Shown here: one piece after another, positions 10,557 to 21,313 of the stretch
Position numbering within the stretch: position 1 is the first letter of the stretch
Layout: every line of letters begins with the position of its first letter
Assembly: GCA_035627655.1 (NCBI GenBank)
Contig: DASPLI010000001.1
Coordinates: 259,355-323,354 of the forward strand
DNA from: Minisyncoccota bacterium
GTDB lineage: Bacteria > Patescibacteriota > Minisyncoccia > Phycocordibacterales > Phycocordibacteraceae
Direction: 5' to 3'
Length of the DNA: 64,000 nucleotides
Notes under the pieces: model-generated
What the model was told of the DNA's origin: nothing
Seen by the model: only the letters and a program-made list of their open reading frames with translations
Databases searched by the model: none
Program-made: the position numbers and the translations under genes

Positions 10557-11018
10557 ATGCGTCGACCTATTAAAAAGCGTGCCCCGCGCGTTCCCGACAT
10601 TGAATACAAGTCGGAAGCTATTGCGCGCTTCATCAATACCGTCATGCTCGACGGTAAGAAGGATACTGCTCGTAAGGTAGTCTATGATGCCTTGAACATC
10701 ATCAAGAAGGATGCTGATCCGCTTGAAACCTTTGAGACTGCAATCCGCAACGTCTCTCCGCTTATGGAAGTCCGCTCTCGCCGCGTCGGTGGTGCAAACT
10801 ACCAGGTGCCGCGCGAGGTTCCCCAGCAGCGCCGCGTCTCTTTGGCCTACCGCTGGCTCATCAACGCAGCCCGCGCAAAGAAAGGGAAGCCAATGGCCGA
10901 GAAGCTTGCAAACGAAATCTTGATGGCCGCCAAGAACGAAGGCGAGGCAATCAAGAAGAAGGACGATATGCACCGCATGGCAGAAGCCAACAAGGCCTTC
11001 GCTCACTTCGCCTGGTAA
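10557..11018 (+). CDS. rpsG: 30S ribosomal protein uS7
   Basis: [22 protein letters not shown]. Confidence 0.99.
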   Translation: MRRPIKKRAPRVPDIEYKSEAIARFINTVMLDGKKDTARKVVYDALNIIKKDADPLETFETAIRNVSPLMEVRSRRVGGANYQVPREVPQQRRVSLAYRWLINAARAKKGKPMAEKLANEILMAAKNEGEAIKKKDDMHRMAEANKAFAHFAW

Positions 11019-11033
11019 GACCGAATATACGAG

Positions 11034-11059
11034 AAAAAGCGCCCACCGGGGCGCTTTTT
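11034..11059 (+). terminator. Intrinsic terminator after rpsG
   Basis: AAAAAGCGCCC-N4-GGGCGCTTTTT. Confidence 0.8.
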
Positions 11060-11142
11060 CATATATTGACCAACCGTATTATTTATGGTATTGTCAAGCC
11101 AGACTCGGGGTTGTCCCGAGCGTACTTGAAAAGGAGAAACAG

Positions 11143-11979
11143 ATGCAGCTTCGCAATCTCATCATTGCGATCCTCTGCGGCTTCCTGGTCGGCGCGATCG
11201 TGACCTACCACCCGCTTGCGCTCAACAACCCGGACTACTGGGCACTGGGAGCGATTGCGGGCGGCGTGATCGGCTGGATCGTCTACGACGTGAAGGCGTT
11301 TTTCGCCGCCGTCCAGCGTGCAGCGATGCGCACGTGGGCGGACCTGACGCGGGAGCGCGTTCGCGAGCCGAAAGAGCGCTTCGTGCTCTCGCGGCTTGAG
11401 CGCAGCTACGTGTTCTGGTGCGAAATGAAAAATTTCGCGATCAACTCGTCGTTCATGGCGTTGTTCTTCCTCGTCGTCGGCCTTGGCACCTACGAGCTCG
11501 CCGACGGCGAGATCCGCTTGTCTGCCTCGATGATGATGTCGTCCGTGATGTACGGATTCGTCATGACGCTCTACGCGCTGTCCGTCCTCTTTGCGCCGCT
11601 CTTCTCGGGCGGGCGCGAAGTTGTGCGGTCGGCTCGCCGGAACGAACTGAATCCCGAACAGCACCTCGCTGATCGGATCGCCATCCTCAAAAAGGAAGCG
11701 GGCGAATACAACGTCGTCGCGATCACCTACTTGCTCGTCGCGCACGGTATTCCGGCGGCGATCTTCTGGGTCGTCCGCGGAGCCTTCCTGCTGCTGAAGT
11801 ACACCTATCTCTTCTCGGCGTGCAACGGCCGCATGGCGTCCTTTATCGGCGTCACAGCCGGTCTCGCATCTGCCGCGTTCCTCAACAACCTACCGCTTGG
11901 TCTGGGCATCGGCCTCTTCACGGGGTTCGTGCTCTGGAGCATGCAGTTCGGCGTTGAGCGCGTGCGAGCCTGGAAGTAA
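11143..11979 (+). CDS. Hypothetical membrane protein (paralog of 13319-14077)
   Basis: Multi-TM; AAGGAG SD; shares N- and C-terminal motifs with 13319-14077. Confidence 0.7.
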   Translation: MQLRNLIIAILCGFLVGAIVTYHPLALNNPDYWALGAIAGGVIGWIVYDVKAFFAAVQRAAMRTWADLTRERVREPKERFVLSRLERSYVFWCEMKNFAINSSFMALFFLVVGLGTYELADGEIRLSASMMMSSVMYGFVMTLYALSVLFAPLFSGGREVVRSARRNELNPEQHLADRIAILKKEAGEYNVVAITYLLVAHGIPAAIFWVVRGAFLLLKYTYLFSACNGRMASFIGVTAGLASAAFLNNLPLGLGIGLFTGFVLWSMQFGVERVRAWK

Positions 11980-11988
11980 TCCAACAAA

Positions 11989-12018
11989 AAGGGCGCGGAC
12001 ACACTAGTCCGCGCCCTT
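11989..12018. repeat. Hairpin repeat copy 1 (AAGGGCGCGGAC-loop-GTCCGCGCCCTT)
   Basis: Near-identical stems at 13209-13235 and 14087-14117. Confidence 0.8.
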
Positions 12019-12025
12019 GATGCAT

Positions 12026-12361
12026 TTATCGCCACGAGAAGTACACGAGTCCGTGACAAAGCGTCACCGATACCATCACCTCCGCACCCCAGCCGCGCGC
12101 ATCGACCCACTCTTTTATGAGCGATCGCACGTGATGTTCTTCAGCATGGTTGTGAAGCGCGAGAAGTGCGCTGTGGATCTGCTTGCACACTCGATGATCC
12201 ATTCCGTATCGGTAGCTGCGGTTATTTGCGCTTTCGATGACACCTTCCTCAAGGAGGTTGATTTCCTCATGAAAGGCTTTCTTCAGTGCTTGGATCTTCT
12301 TGCGCACTCGGCCGTTGTACAGTCGTCGGTTTCGCCGTATGGCTTCCAACACCTTCGACAT
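12026..12361 (-). CDS. Hypothetical protein
   Basis: ORF with AGGAGG SD before MSKVLEAIRR. Confidence 0.55.
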   Translation of the reverse strand: MSKVLEAIRRNRRLYNGRVRKKIQALKKAFHEEINLLEEGVIESANNRSYRYGMDHRVCKQIHSALLALHNHAEEHHVRSLIKEWVDARGWGAEVMVSVTLCHGLVYFSWR

Positions 12362-12456
12362 GTGGGACCTCCTTCCGGGTCGGACGATAGCACTTTTTGC
12401 GATATCGAGCACGACGCGTATACTCGCCAGAGAAGTTACTTATGGAGCGAGAAACC

Positions 12457-13203
12457 ATGCAAGTCATTGCAACTTCTACGGAGTTGCGCAAGGAACCGGA
12501 CTATTCTGCTTCGCTTGAAACAGAATTGTTAGCAGGCACATTGTTTGAGGTGGAGGGTGAACACCACCATCCTCTGGACAACAGCCGGTGGTACTTCGGG
12601 CGCTCTGCGTTTGATGGGTATGTTGGCTGGGTCAACAGTTCTGGACTCAGTCGCATCATCACGACGCCGACGCACCGTGTTTCGGTTGTGCGCACACCTG
12701 TGTATTTCGAACCCGACTTCAAGAGTCCGCGCCGTTCGATGCTCTCCATGAACGCACAGGTGTGCGTCGTAGAAGAGAAGGACGAATACGCGAAACTCGA
12801 CCACTTCGGATGGGTCTTTAAAGATCAATTGGTCTTGGCAGGGAAGCAGGCGACTGATTTTGTGGCGGAAGCTATGAAGCTGGTCGGTACGCCCTATTAC
12901 TGGGGTGGATTCGATACCAATCATGGTATCGACTGCTCGGCAGTGGTGCAGCATGCGCTCTTTGCTTGCGGCATCACGGTTCCGCGCAATAGCGGCGATC
13001 AGCAGAAAGCCATCGGGGTTGCCTGCGACGATCTTCCGTGTGAGCGTGGCCAGCTCTTGTTCTGGCCGGGGCATGTCGGGATCGTGGTAAGTTCTACCGA
13101 ACTCCTCCATGCCTCGATCTTCTGCCGGAACGTCGCGATCGAACCGCTTGAAAAAGCGATTGCCGAGCGCGGCGAGCCGACGGCTCGAAAGCGCATTGCG
13201 TAA
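12457..13203 (+). CDS. NlpC/P60 family cell-wall peptidase with SH3-like domains
   Basis: GTPYYWGG, GIDCSA, PRNSGDQ, FWPGHVGI and LLHA motifs. Confidence 0.9.
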   Translation: MQVIATSTELRKEPDYSASLETELLAGTLFEVEGEHHHPLDNSRWYFGRSAFDGYVGWVNSSGLSRIITTPTHRVSVVRTPVYFEPDFKSPRRSMLSMNAQVCVVEEKDEYAKLDHFGWVFKDQLVLAGKQATDFVAEAMKLVGTPYYWGGFDTNHGIDCSAVVQHALFACGITVPRNSGDQQKAIGVACDDLPCERGQLLFWPGHVGIVVSSTELLHASIFCRNVAIEPLEKAIAERGEPTARKRIA

Positions 13204-13208
13204 GTAGG

Positions 13209-13235
13209 AAGGGCGCGGACCAGCTCCGCGCCCTT
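13209..13235. repeat. Hairpin repeat copy 2 / terminator
   Basis: AAGGGCGCGGA-CCAGC-TCCGCGCCCTT. Confidence 0.75.
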
Positions 13236-13318
13236 TGACTTTTGTATAAATAGTTGTAGAATGCTTTTCAGACGCGGGCCCCTTCGGGCCCTTGTCGTTT
13301 GTGAGAAAGGAAACAGTT

Positions 13319-14077
13319 ATGAGTCTCTACCGGACTCTGATTGGCGTTATCTGCGGCTTTGCCGCGGGCGCCATTCTGACCTCGCTCTTGCTTGCGGGAA
13401 CGCACTGGGCCATCGGCGGACTATTCGGCGCTTTCGTCGGATGGGTTGCAGTGGATCCTGTTGCATTCTTCGTCGGCATCAAAGACGCGTTCGCAGCGAC
13501 GATTCGCAAATACCAGCAACGGCCGCAATGGACGAAGCTCCAGCGCGATCATCGGTTCTGGTACATCGCGGAAATGGCCGCGATGCAGCAATCGATCATC
13601 GTCTGGTTCGGCATCCCCTTCTCGTACTTCACCTTCACGGTGGCCGTGGATGGGATTACGCCGCTCGAAATCACGCTGTATATGATCGGCACGCTGAACG
13701 TCGTCTTCCTGATGATGAACACGAGCCTATTTTTCAGCGCGCCTCGCCATGAAGGTGAAGAATGGATGCAGAAATCGATCGCCGAGCGCAAGCAAATCGT
13801 GCGCGAATGGAATCCGATCGTGGCACCTGTGAGCTTCGTCCGCCTCGTGTGGCGATCTCGACATGCGGTCATTCACTTCGTGCAGGGCGTCTGGGACCGG
13901 ACGGTCTCCGATGCGCGGCTTATCGCTGCCATCGGCGCCTCTGCTGGCCTTGCGGCTGCGCACTTTGGCGGCGGAAACGCTGTCGCGCATGCACTCGGGC
14001 TCGGCTTCGGGCTTCTGCTTGCGACCGGATTTCACGTCGGCTACCGCCGGCGCCCGGTGAAGGTCAAGAACGACTAA
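13319..14077 (+). CDS. Hypothetical membrane protein (paralog of 11143-11979)
   Basis: WAIGGLFGAFVGWVAVDPVAFF vs WALGAIAGGVIGWIVYDVKAFF; GAAAGGA SD. Confidence 0.7.
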   Translation: MSLYRTLIGVICGFAAGAILTSLLLAGTHWAIGGLFGAFVGWVAVDPVAFFVGIKDAFAATIRKYQQRPQWTKLQRDHRFWYIAEMAAMQQSIIVWFGIPFSYFTFTVAVDGITPLEITLYMIGTLNVVFLMMNTSLFFSAPRHEGEEWMQKSIAERKQIVREWNPIVAPVSFVRLVWRSRHAVIHFVQGVWDRTVSDARLIAAIGASAGLAAAHFGGGNAVAHALGLGFGLLLATGFHVGYRRRPVKVKND

Positions 14078-14086
14078 CCACAAACG

Positions 14087-14117
14087 AAAGGCGCGGACTA
14101 TCTTGGTCCGCGCCTTT
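14087..14117. repeat. Hairpin repeat copy 3 / bidirectional terminator
   Basis: AAAGGCGCGGAC-N7-GTCCGCGCCTTT. Confidence 0.75.
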
Positions 14118-14123
14118 TTGTAG

Positions 14124-14663
14124 TTATGACAGTAGTGGTGGCGGTGGGTGAGTGTATACCTTATCCACCACGAATCCTGCCGTCGGCATCACCGACTCTT
14201 CGTGATATTCCTGTGTTTCGCTTATGAGCAGCGCCGCGCATTTCGTTTCCTGGAAGGTCTCCAAGAATGCGTGCGCCCACGTGTTGCTCGCGTTTCCCGC
14301 GCTTTGCACCAGAAACTCAAACGGAACATCCTCAGCGGCATCTGTTGTCAGGTTCGCCATCAAGGGTCCGATCAGTTTCTTGAGCATCTGGCGTCCCGGC
14401 ATTGGAATGCGGAAGGCCACGATCAGTTCCGGATCCGGCGACTCAAGCTCCCAGAGATAGATCTCGGGTGAGAGCGTGTGGTCGCGCATGTAGGTGAAGC
14501 AGGGAGTCAGCTGCGCAAGATCAAGCAGGCGGTAGGCGAGCGTGACCGTCGGATAGAGCCGGGGAAGTCCCGGCACGCTTCCAAGGCCCACATTCGTAAA
14601 CGCAGGAGGGGCATCAAGAACAAGTCGATGTACGCCGGCGGCCACAATCCAGGCCAATTTCAT
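14124..14663 (-). CDS. Hypothetical protein
   Basis: ORF with GGAGG SD before MKLAW. Confidence 0.55.
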   Translation of the reverse strand: MKLAWIVAAGVHRLVLDAPPAFTNVGLGSVPGLPRLYPTVTLAYRLLDLAQLTPCFTYMRDHTLSPEIYLWELESPDPELIVAFRIPMPGRQMLKKLIGPLMANLTTDAAEDVPFEFLVQSAGNASNTWAHAFLETFQETKCAALLISETQEYHEESVMPTAGFVVDKVYTHPPPPLLS

Positions 14664-14783
14664 TGGGTACCTCCAGTGGTAATCAACGTCCAAGCGAAAC
14701 CGTAGCATACGTTGCGTTTTTCCTCGAGACTCAGTATTCTTCGAAGTAACGCTTCGGCGCCTTTTTATTTACTCTACCTATAT

Positions 14784-16931
14784 ATGAATCGCGATTATCC
14801 ACTAGAGCGAGTGCGCAACTTCGGTATCGTCGCCCACGTCGACGCCGGCAAGACCACCACGTCTGAGCGCGTCCTCTACTACACCGGTGCACAGCACAAG
14901 ATCGGCGAAGTGCACGAGGGTGAAACCACGACCGACTGGATGGAGCAGGAGCGCGAGCGCGGCATCACCATCACTGCAGCTGCTATTACCTGCTTCTGGT
15001 CCAAGTCCCAGGAAAAGGACAAGAAGGATCAGTCCAAGAAGTACCGCTTCAACATCATCGACACGCCAGGTCACATCGACTTCACCGCCGAAGTGAAGCG
15101 CTCCATGCGTGTCTTGGATGGCGCGATCGTCGTGTTCGACGGCGTTGCTGGCGTTGAGCCGCAGTCGGAGACCAACTGGCGCTACGCCGACGAGGCGAAC
15201 GTGCCGCGCGTTTGTTTCATCAACAAGCTCGACCGCACCGGCGCATCGTTCGAGGATTCCTACAAGTCCATCCTCGACCGCCTTTCAAAGAAGGCAGTGC
15301 GCGCACAGATCCCTATGGGCGCAGAGGGAAATTTCGAGGGTGTCGTCGACCTTCTTTCGATGAAGGCATACACCTTCTCCGGCAAGATGGGCGAGGAAGT
15401 TATTGAGGGCGAGATCCCAGCAGAATTCGTCGAAGAGGCGAAGAAGTATCGCGGGGAATTCGTCGAGCGCATCGTCTCGACTGACGAGAACGCAATGAAC
15501 GCATACCTTGAAGGCAATGAGCCGTCGCTTGAGGATCTTAAGGCGCTCCTCCGCAAGGCAGTTATTGCAAACGAAATCTTCCCGGTCTACACCGGTTCCG
15601 CACTCAAGAACAAGGGCGTGCAGCTCGTCTTGGACGCGGTCGTCGACTATCTCCCGTCTCCGCTCGATCTCCCGGCAGTGAAGGGAACCAACCCGAAGAC
15701 GAACGAAGAGATCACCCGTCAGGCGTCTGATAGCGAGCCGTTCACCGCGCTTGCGTTCAAGCTGCAGACCGACCCGTTCGTGGGTGCTCTTACCTTCTTC
15801 CGCGTATATGCAGGTTCGGTATCTGCCGGTTCTTACATCTATAACGCGAACACCGGATCAAAGGAGCGCGTCGGCCGCATCGTGCGCCTCCAGGCTGACA
15901 AGCGCGAAGAAGTGGAACAGGTCTTCACTGGTGAAATTGCCGCTTTCGTTGGTCTGAAAGATACGAAGACTTCCCATACGCTCTGCGACGAAAACAATCC
16001 GATCATCCTCGAGCAGATTAAGTTCCCTGAGCCAGTGGTGTCGCTTCGCATCGAGCCGGCAACCAAGGCTGACCAGGAAAAGATGGGCATGGCTATCAGG
16101 AAGCTTGCGGACGAAGATCCGACTTTCAAGGTTTCTTCTGACGAAGAGACGGCCGAGACGATCATCTCCGGCATGGGCGAGCTCCATCTTGAAATTCTCG
16201 TTGATCGCATGAAGCGCGAATTCAACGTCGTCGCAAACGTCGGTAAGCCGCAGGTGGCATACCGCGAGACGATTCTCGGCTCTGCAGATGCAGAAGGTAA
16301 GTACATCAAGCAGACGGGCGGTAAGGGTCAGTACGGCCACGTGAAGATCAAGATGAAGCATCTTGAACCGCTTGATCCGGAGGCAAAGATCGCGAAGAAC
16401 GTCACGCGCGAGGATCACTTCGAATTTATTAACAACATCAAGGGAGGTGCGATTCCGGGCGAATTCATCAACCCGATTGAGAAGGGTATTCGCGAGGCAA
16501 TGTCCCGCGGTATTCTCGCCGGTTATCCGGTCGTCGACGTGTCAGTCGACCTCTACGACGGCTCCTTCCACGATGTCGACTCCTCGGAAATCGCCTTCAA
16601 GATCGCAGCATCGATGGCCTTCCAGGACGGCGCCAACAAGGCAAAGCCAGTCATCCTTGAGCCGATCATGGCCGTTGAGGTTGTGGTTCCGGAGCAGTTC
16701 ATGGGTGATATCACCGGTTCGCTCTCGGGTAAGCGCGGTGCGATCGAGGGCATGGAAGATCGCGGCATGAATAAGGCCATCAAGGCCAAGGTGCCGCTCT
16801 CTGAAATGTTCGGCTACACCACCACACTTCGCTCCATGACGGAGGGCCGCGGTTCCATGACCATGGAATTCGACCACTACGAAGTGGTGCCGCAGAACGT
16901 CGCGAACGAAATCATCGCCGCGAGGAAATAG
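14784..16931 (+). CDS. fusA: Elongation factor G
   Basis: [23 protein letters not shown]; promoter TTGCGT-N17-TATTCT at 14712-14740. Confidence 0.99.
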   Translation: MNRDYPLERVRNFGIVAHVDAGKTTTSERVLYYTGAQHKIGEVHEGETTTDWMEQERERGITITAAAITCFWSKSQEKDKKDQSKKYRFNIIDTPGHIDFTAEVKRSMRVLDGAIVVFDGVAGVEPQSETNWRYADEANVPRVCFINKLDRTGASFEDSYKSILDRLSKKAVRAQIPMGAEGNFEGVVDLLSMKAYTFSGKMGEEVIEGEIPAEFVEEAKKYRGEFVERIVSTDENAMNAYLEGNEPSLEDLKALLRKAVIANEIFPVYTGSALKNKGVQLVLDAVVDYLPSPLDLPAVKGTNPKTNEEITRQASDSEPFTALAFKLQTDPFVGALTFFRVYAGSVSAGSYIYNANTGSKERVGRIVRLQADKREEVEQVFTGEIAAFVGLKDTKTSHTLCDENNPIILEQIKFPEPVVSLRIEPATKADQEKMGMAIRKLADEDPTFKVSSDEETAETIISGMGELHLEILVDRMKREFNVVANVGKPQVAYRETILGSADAEGKYIKQTGGKGQYGHVKIKMKHLEPLDPEAKIAKNVTREDHFEFINNIKGGAIPGEFINPIEKGIREAMSRGILAGYPVVDVSVDLYDGSFHDVDSSEIAFKIAASMAFQDGANKAKPVILEPIMAVEVVVPEQFMGDITGSLSGKRGAIEGMEDRGMNKAIKAKVPLSEMFGYTTTLRSMTEGRGSMTMEFDHYEVVPQNVANEIIAARK

Positions 16932-16939
16932 CAGCACGC

Positions 16940-16965
16940 AAAAGCGCCCCTCTCGGGGCGCTTTT
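16940..16965. terminator. Bidirectional terminator after fusA
   Basis: AAAAGCGCCCC-TCTC-GGGGCGCTTTT. Confidence 0.8.
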
Positions 16966-16969
16966 CGTA

Positions 16970-17407
16970 TTAGCTTGTTTGTTCCAAGTCCTCCTCTGGG
17001 GGTTCGTAGAGGGCGTCCACCACAATGATGGTCGCCTTACAGTCGTTGTTACGGCATTGATACGCTTCGGGTTCAATAGTCTCAAATGCATCGCGGCGTT
17101 CGCGGCGCCAGCCGGGCGGTTTTGCGCCTGCTTTGAGCATGGGAGATCCGCACTGTGTGCAGATGCTGATGACCGGATAGCGAAGTTCCATCGGGCACTT
17201 CGAGCAGCGTTGCTCGATGTACGTGATGTACGACTTTTTGGTCGGATCGTGACCGGGGATTCTCGAGAAGTCTATTTCGACCGCGCGCCGTTGGGGCGGG
17301 TCGTACTTGTGGAGGCATTCGCTGTGCGCCTGCCGTACCAAGTCACGGAGTTCTCGGATCGGTCCTCGATCCTTGCTGGGATCAGTCGGTTGCGTCCGTG
17401 CGAACAT
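16970..17407 (-). CDS. Cys-rich putative zinc-ribbon protein
   Basis: CSKC, CTQC and CRNNDC pairs; GAGGGA SD. Confidence 0.6.
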   Translation of the reverse strand: MFARTQPTDPSKDRGPIRELRDLVRQAHSECLHKYDPPQRRAVEIDFSRIPGHDPTKKSYITYIEQRCSKCPMELRYPVISICTQCGSPMLKAGAKPPGWRRERRDAFETIEPEAYQCRNNDCKATIIVVDALYEPPEEDLEQTS

Positions 17408-17517
17408 GTTCCCTCCAGAGGGGCTGGTTAAACAAAAAGAAAGGGCGTCTGGTCCCTCATAGTAGATACCACAGGTGAAGACAGAATGAGAAGAGGGGTG
17501 GGGTATACTACCTACAC

Positions 17518-18006
17518 ATGGCCTTTTTCGAACGAGGAAAGCAGGAAGCGCAGAAAGCGATGCTCAGAGAATATGTGGATTCCAAGTCGCTTGAATATGA
17601 CGCTGCAATGCAAAATGCAGAGCGAATCCAGTCAGAACTTTTGCTTGCCCAGACGCGTCTGAGTGAAATCGAGCATACAAATCAGGAGCGTGCGGTAACC
17701 AAGAAGCAGAAGGAGCACACCTCACTCTTCACTACTGCAAAAGACGCCTGCGTCGGACTCAAGGCATGGTTTGAAACGAAGGGTGGTCTCAAAGAACGTA
17801 ATCAAATGGCAGAAGGTGCCTATCGTGCACGCCGAGAGACGCGACAGATAGAACTCGATGGCTTAACTGAGCGTCGTGACGACCTCTCTCGCTCCCTTGA
17901 ACAGATGCGTATGGCGATGGGACGCATTCGCGAACGTCGTTCGCGCCTCTTTGCAGACAACAACACGCTGCTTGAAACCTCTCGCAGCATTCTTGCCGCC
18001 GCCTAA
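17518..18006 (+). CDS. Coiled-coil hypothetical protein
   Basis: Heptad-rich charged ORF; TATACT just upstream. Confidence 0.65.
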   Translation: MAFFERGKQEAQKAMLREYVDSKSLEYDAAMQNAERIQSELLLAQTRLSEIEHTNQERAVTKKQKEHTSLFTTAKDACVGLKAWFETKGGLKERNQMAEGAYRARRETRQIELDGLTERRDDLSRSLEQMRMAMGRIRERRSRLFADNNTLLETSRSILAAA

Positions 18007-18008
18007 CT

Positions 18009-18254
18009 ATGAACCTACCCATTCTTAAACTCCTAGTAGAACGAAGCGCACTGAGCGACGAGCGTATGATTCAGGCGCGAGCTATCTTCGCCCGCGCGGA
18101 CGAACGAGGTTCCCTGGTTGGGGAGGAGCAGGCAGCGATCGCGAAACTCTTTGAGGAGGAGGTGCAGGAGAATACCCGGATGATCAAGGAGCTTGATGAG
18201 GCCGCCGCCATGCTTGATCGTGCGATGCGACCGCTTGCTATTGCGGTTCCCTAA
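18009..18254 (+). CDS. Hypothetical protein
   Basis: Starts 2 nt after the previous stop. Confidence 0.6.
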   Translation: MNLPILKLLVERSALSDERMIQARAIFARADERGSLVGEEQAAIAKLFEEEVQENTRMIKELDEAAAMLDRAMRPLAIAVP

Positions 18255-18291
18255 AAAGTGCTAGCATAGTCTCGGGAGTAGAGGAGGTTCT

Positions 18292-18762
18292 GTGATGACA
18301 GACCTTATTACATCTGAAGAAGCACTTGAAGTGTGCGCTGATTTTCTGGAGGAGTTTGAGTACTCGTTTTCGATGACTTCCAAGTCGATCGACCTTCGCT
18401 TGCGGACTGGGGTCTTCAACGACCATCACATCCGTATCCAAGCGTGCGACGACGAAAGCGTGTATGTCGGCACCATCCTCGCGCAAAGCGTCCCGGACGG
18501 GTTTGGCAGTTGGCTCTATGAGCTTGGCTGCTGGAGTTCTGGACGGGTCCAGTTGTTTGATGAGCAGCTTGCCTGGGGTGTGCGGCTTGAACCGCACGAA
18601 CTGGCAGACTTTGCGAGCGTTGATCAGGTCATCTCCTGGATTGAGCGTGAAAGCTTCATTGCTGAATGCGTCTTGGAACTCTACGAGAGAACCAAGCGCT
18701 TCTCCACGTCAGTTTTGTTCGTTGGCTTTGGCCAACACAGCGAATTTGACTGGCGGTGCTAA
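18292..18762 (+). CDS. Hypothetical acidic protein
   Basis: GAGGAGG SD; downstream hairpin. Confidence 0.6.
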   Translation: MMTDLITSEEALEVCADFLEEFEYSFSMTSKSIDLRLRTGVFNDHHIRIQACDDESVYVGTILAQSVPDGFGSWLYELGCWSSGRVQLFDEQLAWGVRLEPHELADFASVDQVISWIERESFIAECVLELYERTKRFSTSVLFVGFGQHSEFDWRC

Positions 18763-18803
18763 TACAAAAGCGCCCCGATTTGATTTCGGGGCGCTTGAAT
18801 TGG

Positions 18804-19028
18804 TCACGAGTTCTTGTCCGCGTGCCAATATTTATATGATTCGACCGTCCATACTGCGACGAAAATGACTCCTAGCAGAGAAAGCAGGAGCACGCCAAGC
18901 ATGAACATGACTGGTTCCCACCAGTTGGCCACAACGAACAGGAGGCCGCACATAAGCAGGACCGGGAAGATAGCCGTCTTGGACATGAACCCGAACGTGC
19001 TCGTGAAGCCCTTGAAGACATGGCGCAT
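18804..19028 (-). CDS. Small 2-TM protein
   Basis: GGAGG SD; hydrophobic. Confidence 0.5.
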   Translation of the reverse strand: MRHVFKGFTSTFGFMSKTAIFPVLLMCGLLFVVANWWEPVMFMLGVLLLSLLGVIFVAVWTVESYKYWHADKNS

Positions 19029-19264
19029 GTATCACCTCCGCCCCCACCTTCCTCCGAAAGGGGGTACCTGTCAACAGCGCTTGACCGCTCCACCAGCGCG
19101 CGCTACCTTGTAGCTAACGCGGATTTGCGCTCTTTTTATTTACCTCACGGCCCTTGGGCCGGCGGGGGTGGTAAAAGGCGCTTCGCGGGCAATACGCAAA
19201 GCGCCTTTTGCTGTTTTTAGGCAAAGGCCGTTTATCACTAGTCTTACTGATAACTTAGAAACCT

Positions 19265-20464
19265 ATGGCAGATGCATTCGATCGCAGCAAGCCGCATATG
19301 AACGTGGGTACCATCGGTCACGTCGACCATGGTAAGACCACGCTCACGGCTGCAATCCTGAATGTCCTCAACCTCAACTCTGCTGCTGGCTACAAGGCCC
19401 GCGTCGAGAAGGTTGAGAACATCGACAACGCTCCTGAGGAAAAGGCACGCGGTATTACTATCGCGCTCCACCACTCGGAGTACGAGAGCCCGAAGCGCCA
19501 CTACGCGCACATCGACGCTCCTGGTCACGCTGACTACATCAAGAACATGATTACGGGTGCCGCCCAGATGGACGGCGCAGTTCTCGTGGTTGCCGCAACT
19601 GACGGCGCAATGCCGCAGACCCGCGAGCACATTCTTCTTGCAAAGCAGGTCGGTGTGCCTCGTCTCATTGTCTTCCTCAACAAGGTAGACATGGTAGATG
19701 ACAAGGACATGGTTGACCTCGTTGAAGAGGAAATCCGTGAGCTCCTTACGAAGCAGGGCTTCGATAAGGACACTCCTATGATCCGTGGTTCCGGTCTCAA
19801 GGCTCTTGAGGCATCGGATGCAAACGATGAGTGGGCCCTCAAGGTCAAGGAACTCGTCGACACCATGGACTCGTACTTCCCAGATCCGAAGCGCGAGACC
19901 GACAAGCCGTTCCTCATGGCAATCGAGGACATCTTCTCGATTGAAGGTCGCGGTACCGTCGTTACCGGCCGCATCGATCGCGGTGTGGTCAAGGTAGGTG
20001 AGGAAGTCGAAATCGTTGGTCTTCAGGACACGGCGAAGACGACCGTCACCGGTATCGAAATGTTCAACAAGCAGCTTCCGGAAGGTCAGGCTGGCGACAA
20101 CGCTGGTATTCTCCTTCGCGGTACCAAGAAGGAAGACGTGCATCGCGGTCAGGTGCTTGCCAAGGTAGGCTCTGTGACCCCGCACACCGATTTCGAGGCA
20201 GAGGTATACATTCTCTCCAAGGATGAAGGTGGTCGCCACACGCCGTTCTTCACTGGCTACAAGCCGCAGTTCTACATCCGCACGACGGACGTAACGGGCG
20301 AAGTAACCCTTCCTGAAGGAAAGGAAATGGTGATGCCGGGTGACACCGTGACCTTCAAGGTCAAGCTCACCGCACCGGTCGCCATGGAGGAGCAGATGCG
20401 CTTTGCTATCCGCGAGGGCGGCAAGACGGTCGGCGCCGGCGTTGTGACGAAAATCACTGCGTAA
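19265..20464 (+). CDS. tuf: Elongation factor Tu
   Basis: [31 protein letters not shown]. Confidence 0.99.
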   Translation: MADAFDRSKPHMNVGTIGHVDHGKTTLTAAILNVLNLNSAAGYKARVEKVENIDNAPEEKARGITIALHHSEYESPKRHYAHIDAPGHADYIKNMITGAAQMDGAVLVVAATDGAMPQTREHILLAKQVGVPRLIVFLNKVDMVDDKDMVDLVEEEIRELLTKQGFDKDTPMIRGSGLKALEASDANDEWALKVKELVDTMDSYFPDPKRETDKPFLMAIEDIFSIEGRGTVVTGRIDRGVVKVGEEVEIVGLQDTAKTTVTGIEMFNKQLPEGQAGDNAGILLRGTKKEDVHRGQVLAKVGSVTPHTDFEAEVYILSKDEGGRHTPFFTGYKPQFYIRTTDVTGEVTLPEGKEMVMPGDTVTFKVKLTAPVAMEEQMRFAIREGGKTVGAGVVTKITA

Positions 20465-20488
20465 GCACTAACCGCTTATCGTACTCGT

Positions 20489-20851
20489 ATGGCAACTGCA
20501 AAAGCGACCAAAAAAACTGCGAAAGCCGACTCGGCACCAGCTGGTGAAGCGAAGCTTCGCATCCGGGTCCGCGCCTACGAGCACAAGATCCTCGACCTCT
20601 CCGTCAAGCAGATCATGGATACTGCGAACCGATTTGAGGCGAAGATCGTTGGACCAGTGCCGCTTCCAACCGAAGTAAAGCGCTGGACCGTCAACCGCTC
20701 CACGTTCGTCCATAAGGACGCACGCGAGCAGTTCGAGATGCGCATCCACAAGCGCCTCATCGATATCCTTTCGCCGAATCCGAAGGTCATCGAGGCTCTC
20801 ACGAACCTCAACCTTCCGTCCGGCGTGACGATCGACGTGAAGATGGTCTAA
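20489..20851 (+). CDS. rpsJ: 30S ribosomal protein uS10
   Basis: RIRVRAY, GPVPLPT, REQFEMRIHKR. Confidence 0.98.
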   Translation: MATAKATKKTAKADSAPAGEAKLRIRVRAYEHKILDLSVKQIMDTANRFEAKIVGPVPLPTEVKRWTVNRSTFVHKDAREQFEMRIHKRLIDILSPNPKVIEALTNLNLPSGVTIDVKMV

Positions 20852-20860
20852 CGACCACTA

Positions 20861-20891
20861 GCAAAACCGCCCCAGAGATGGGGCGGTTTTG
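20861..20891. terminator. Terminator after rpsJ
   Basis: CAAAACCGCCCCA-GAGA-TGGGGCGGTTTTG. Confidence 0.8.
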
Positions 20892-20898
20892 TCTTTCC

Positions 20899-21228
20899 CT
20901 AGTGCCGGGTTTCGTTCCCAGGCATTTGCGTAATGTTGTTTGGGGGTGGAGCGGTCTCTGGCATCGCGGCTACGATGCTTGCGCCAACAACAGCATCGCC
21001 AACCTGCTCGCGCTGAGCGACTGCTGCTTTGACCGAATCACCAAACTGCTGTTCGAGGTCCATGCTATGGCCGCTGCGAAACAGAATCTGGCCGTTGTAC
21101 TTGAGCGTGTCATGCATCACGTCGATGTTGCTTTTAGCAATAGCGGCAGGATCGCGAGTGATGGGAGCTGCTTCAGACTTTCGTTTCCAAAACATAGAGT
21201 ACGTATGGTTAGAGGGTACGTATTCCAT
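20899..21228 (-). CDS. Hypothetical protein
   Basis: ORF converging on the rpsJ terminator; start may be the internal MFWKRK. Confidence 0.45.
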   Translation of the reverse strand: MEYVPSNHTYSMFWKRKSEAAPITRDPAAIAKSNIDVMHDTLKYNGQILFRSGHSMDLEQQFGDSVKAAVAQREQVGDAVVGASIVAAMPETAPPPNNITQMPGNETRH

Positions 21229-21313
21229 TGTTGCACGGGTATACCGGTGGGCAAGACAAGTTATTGCGTATTTTGAAACAAGTGTTTTACTGGTGCGAGG
21301 AAAGGAGGCCCGT

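Noticed and set aside
12001-12006. ACACTA half-site in a hairpin loop
   Set aside because: It is a single half-site with no partner at N7 spacing and lies in a terminator loop; likely chance.
11989-14117. Repeated hairpins as integron attC sites
   Set aside because: They are short perfect stems with A/T tails, lack RYYYAAC/GTTRRRY ends, and no integrase is present; they fit terminators better.
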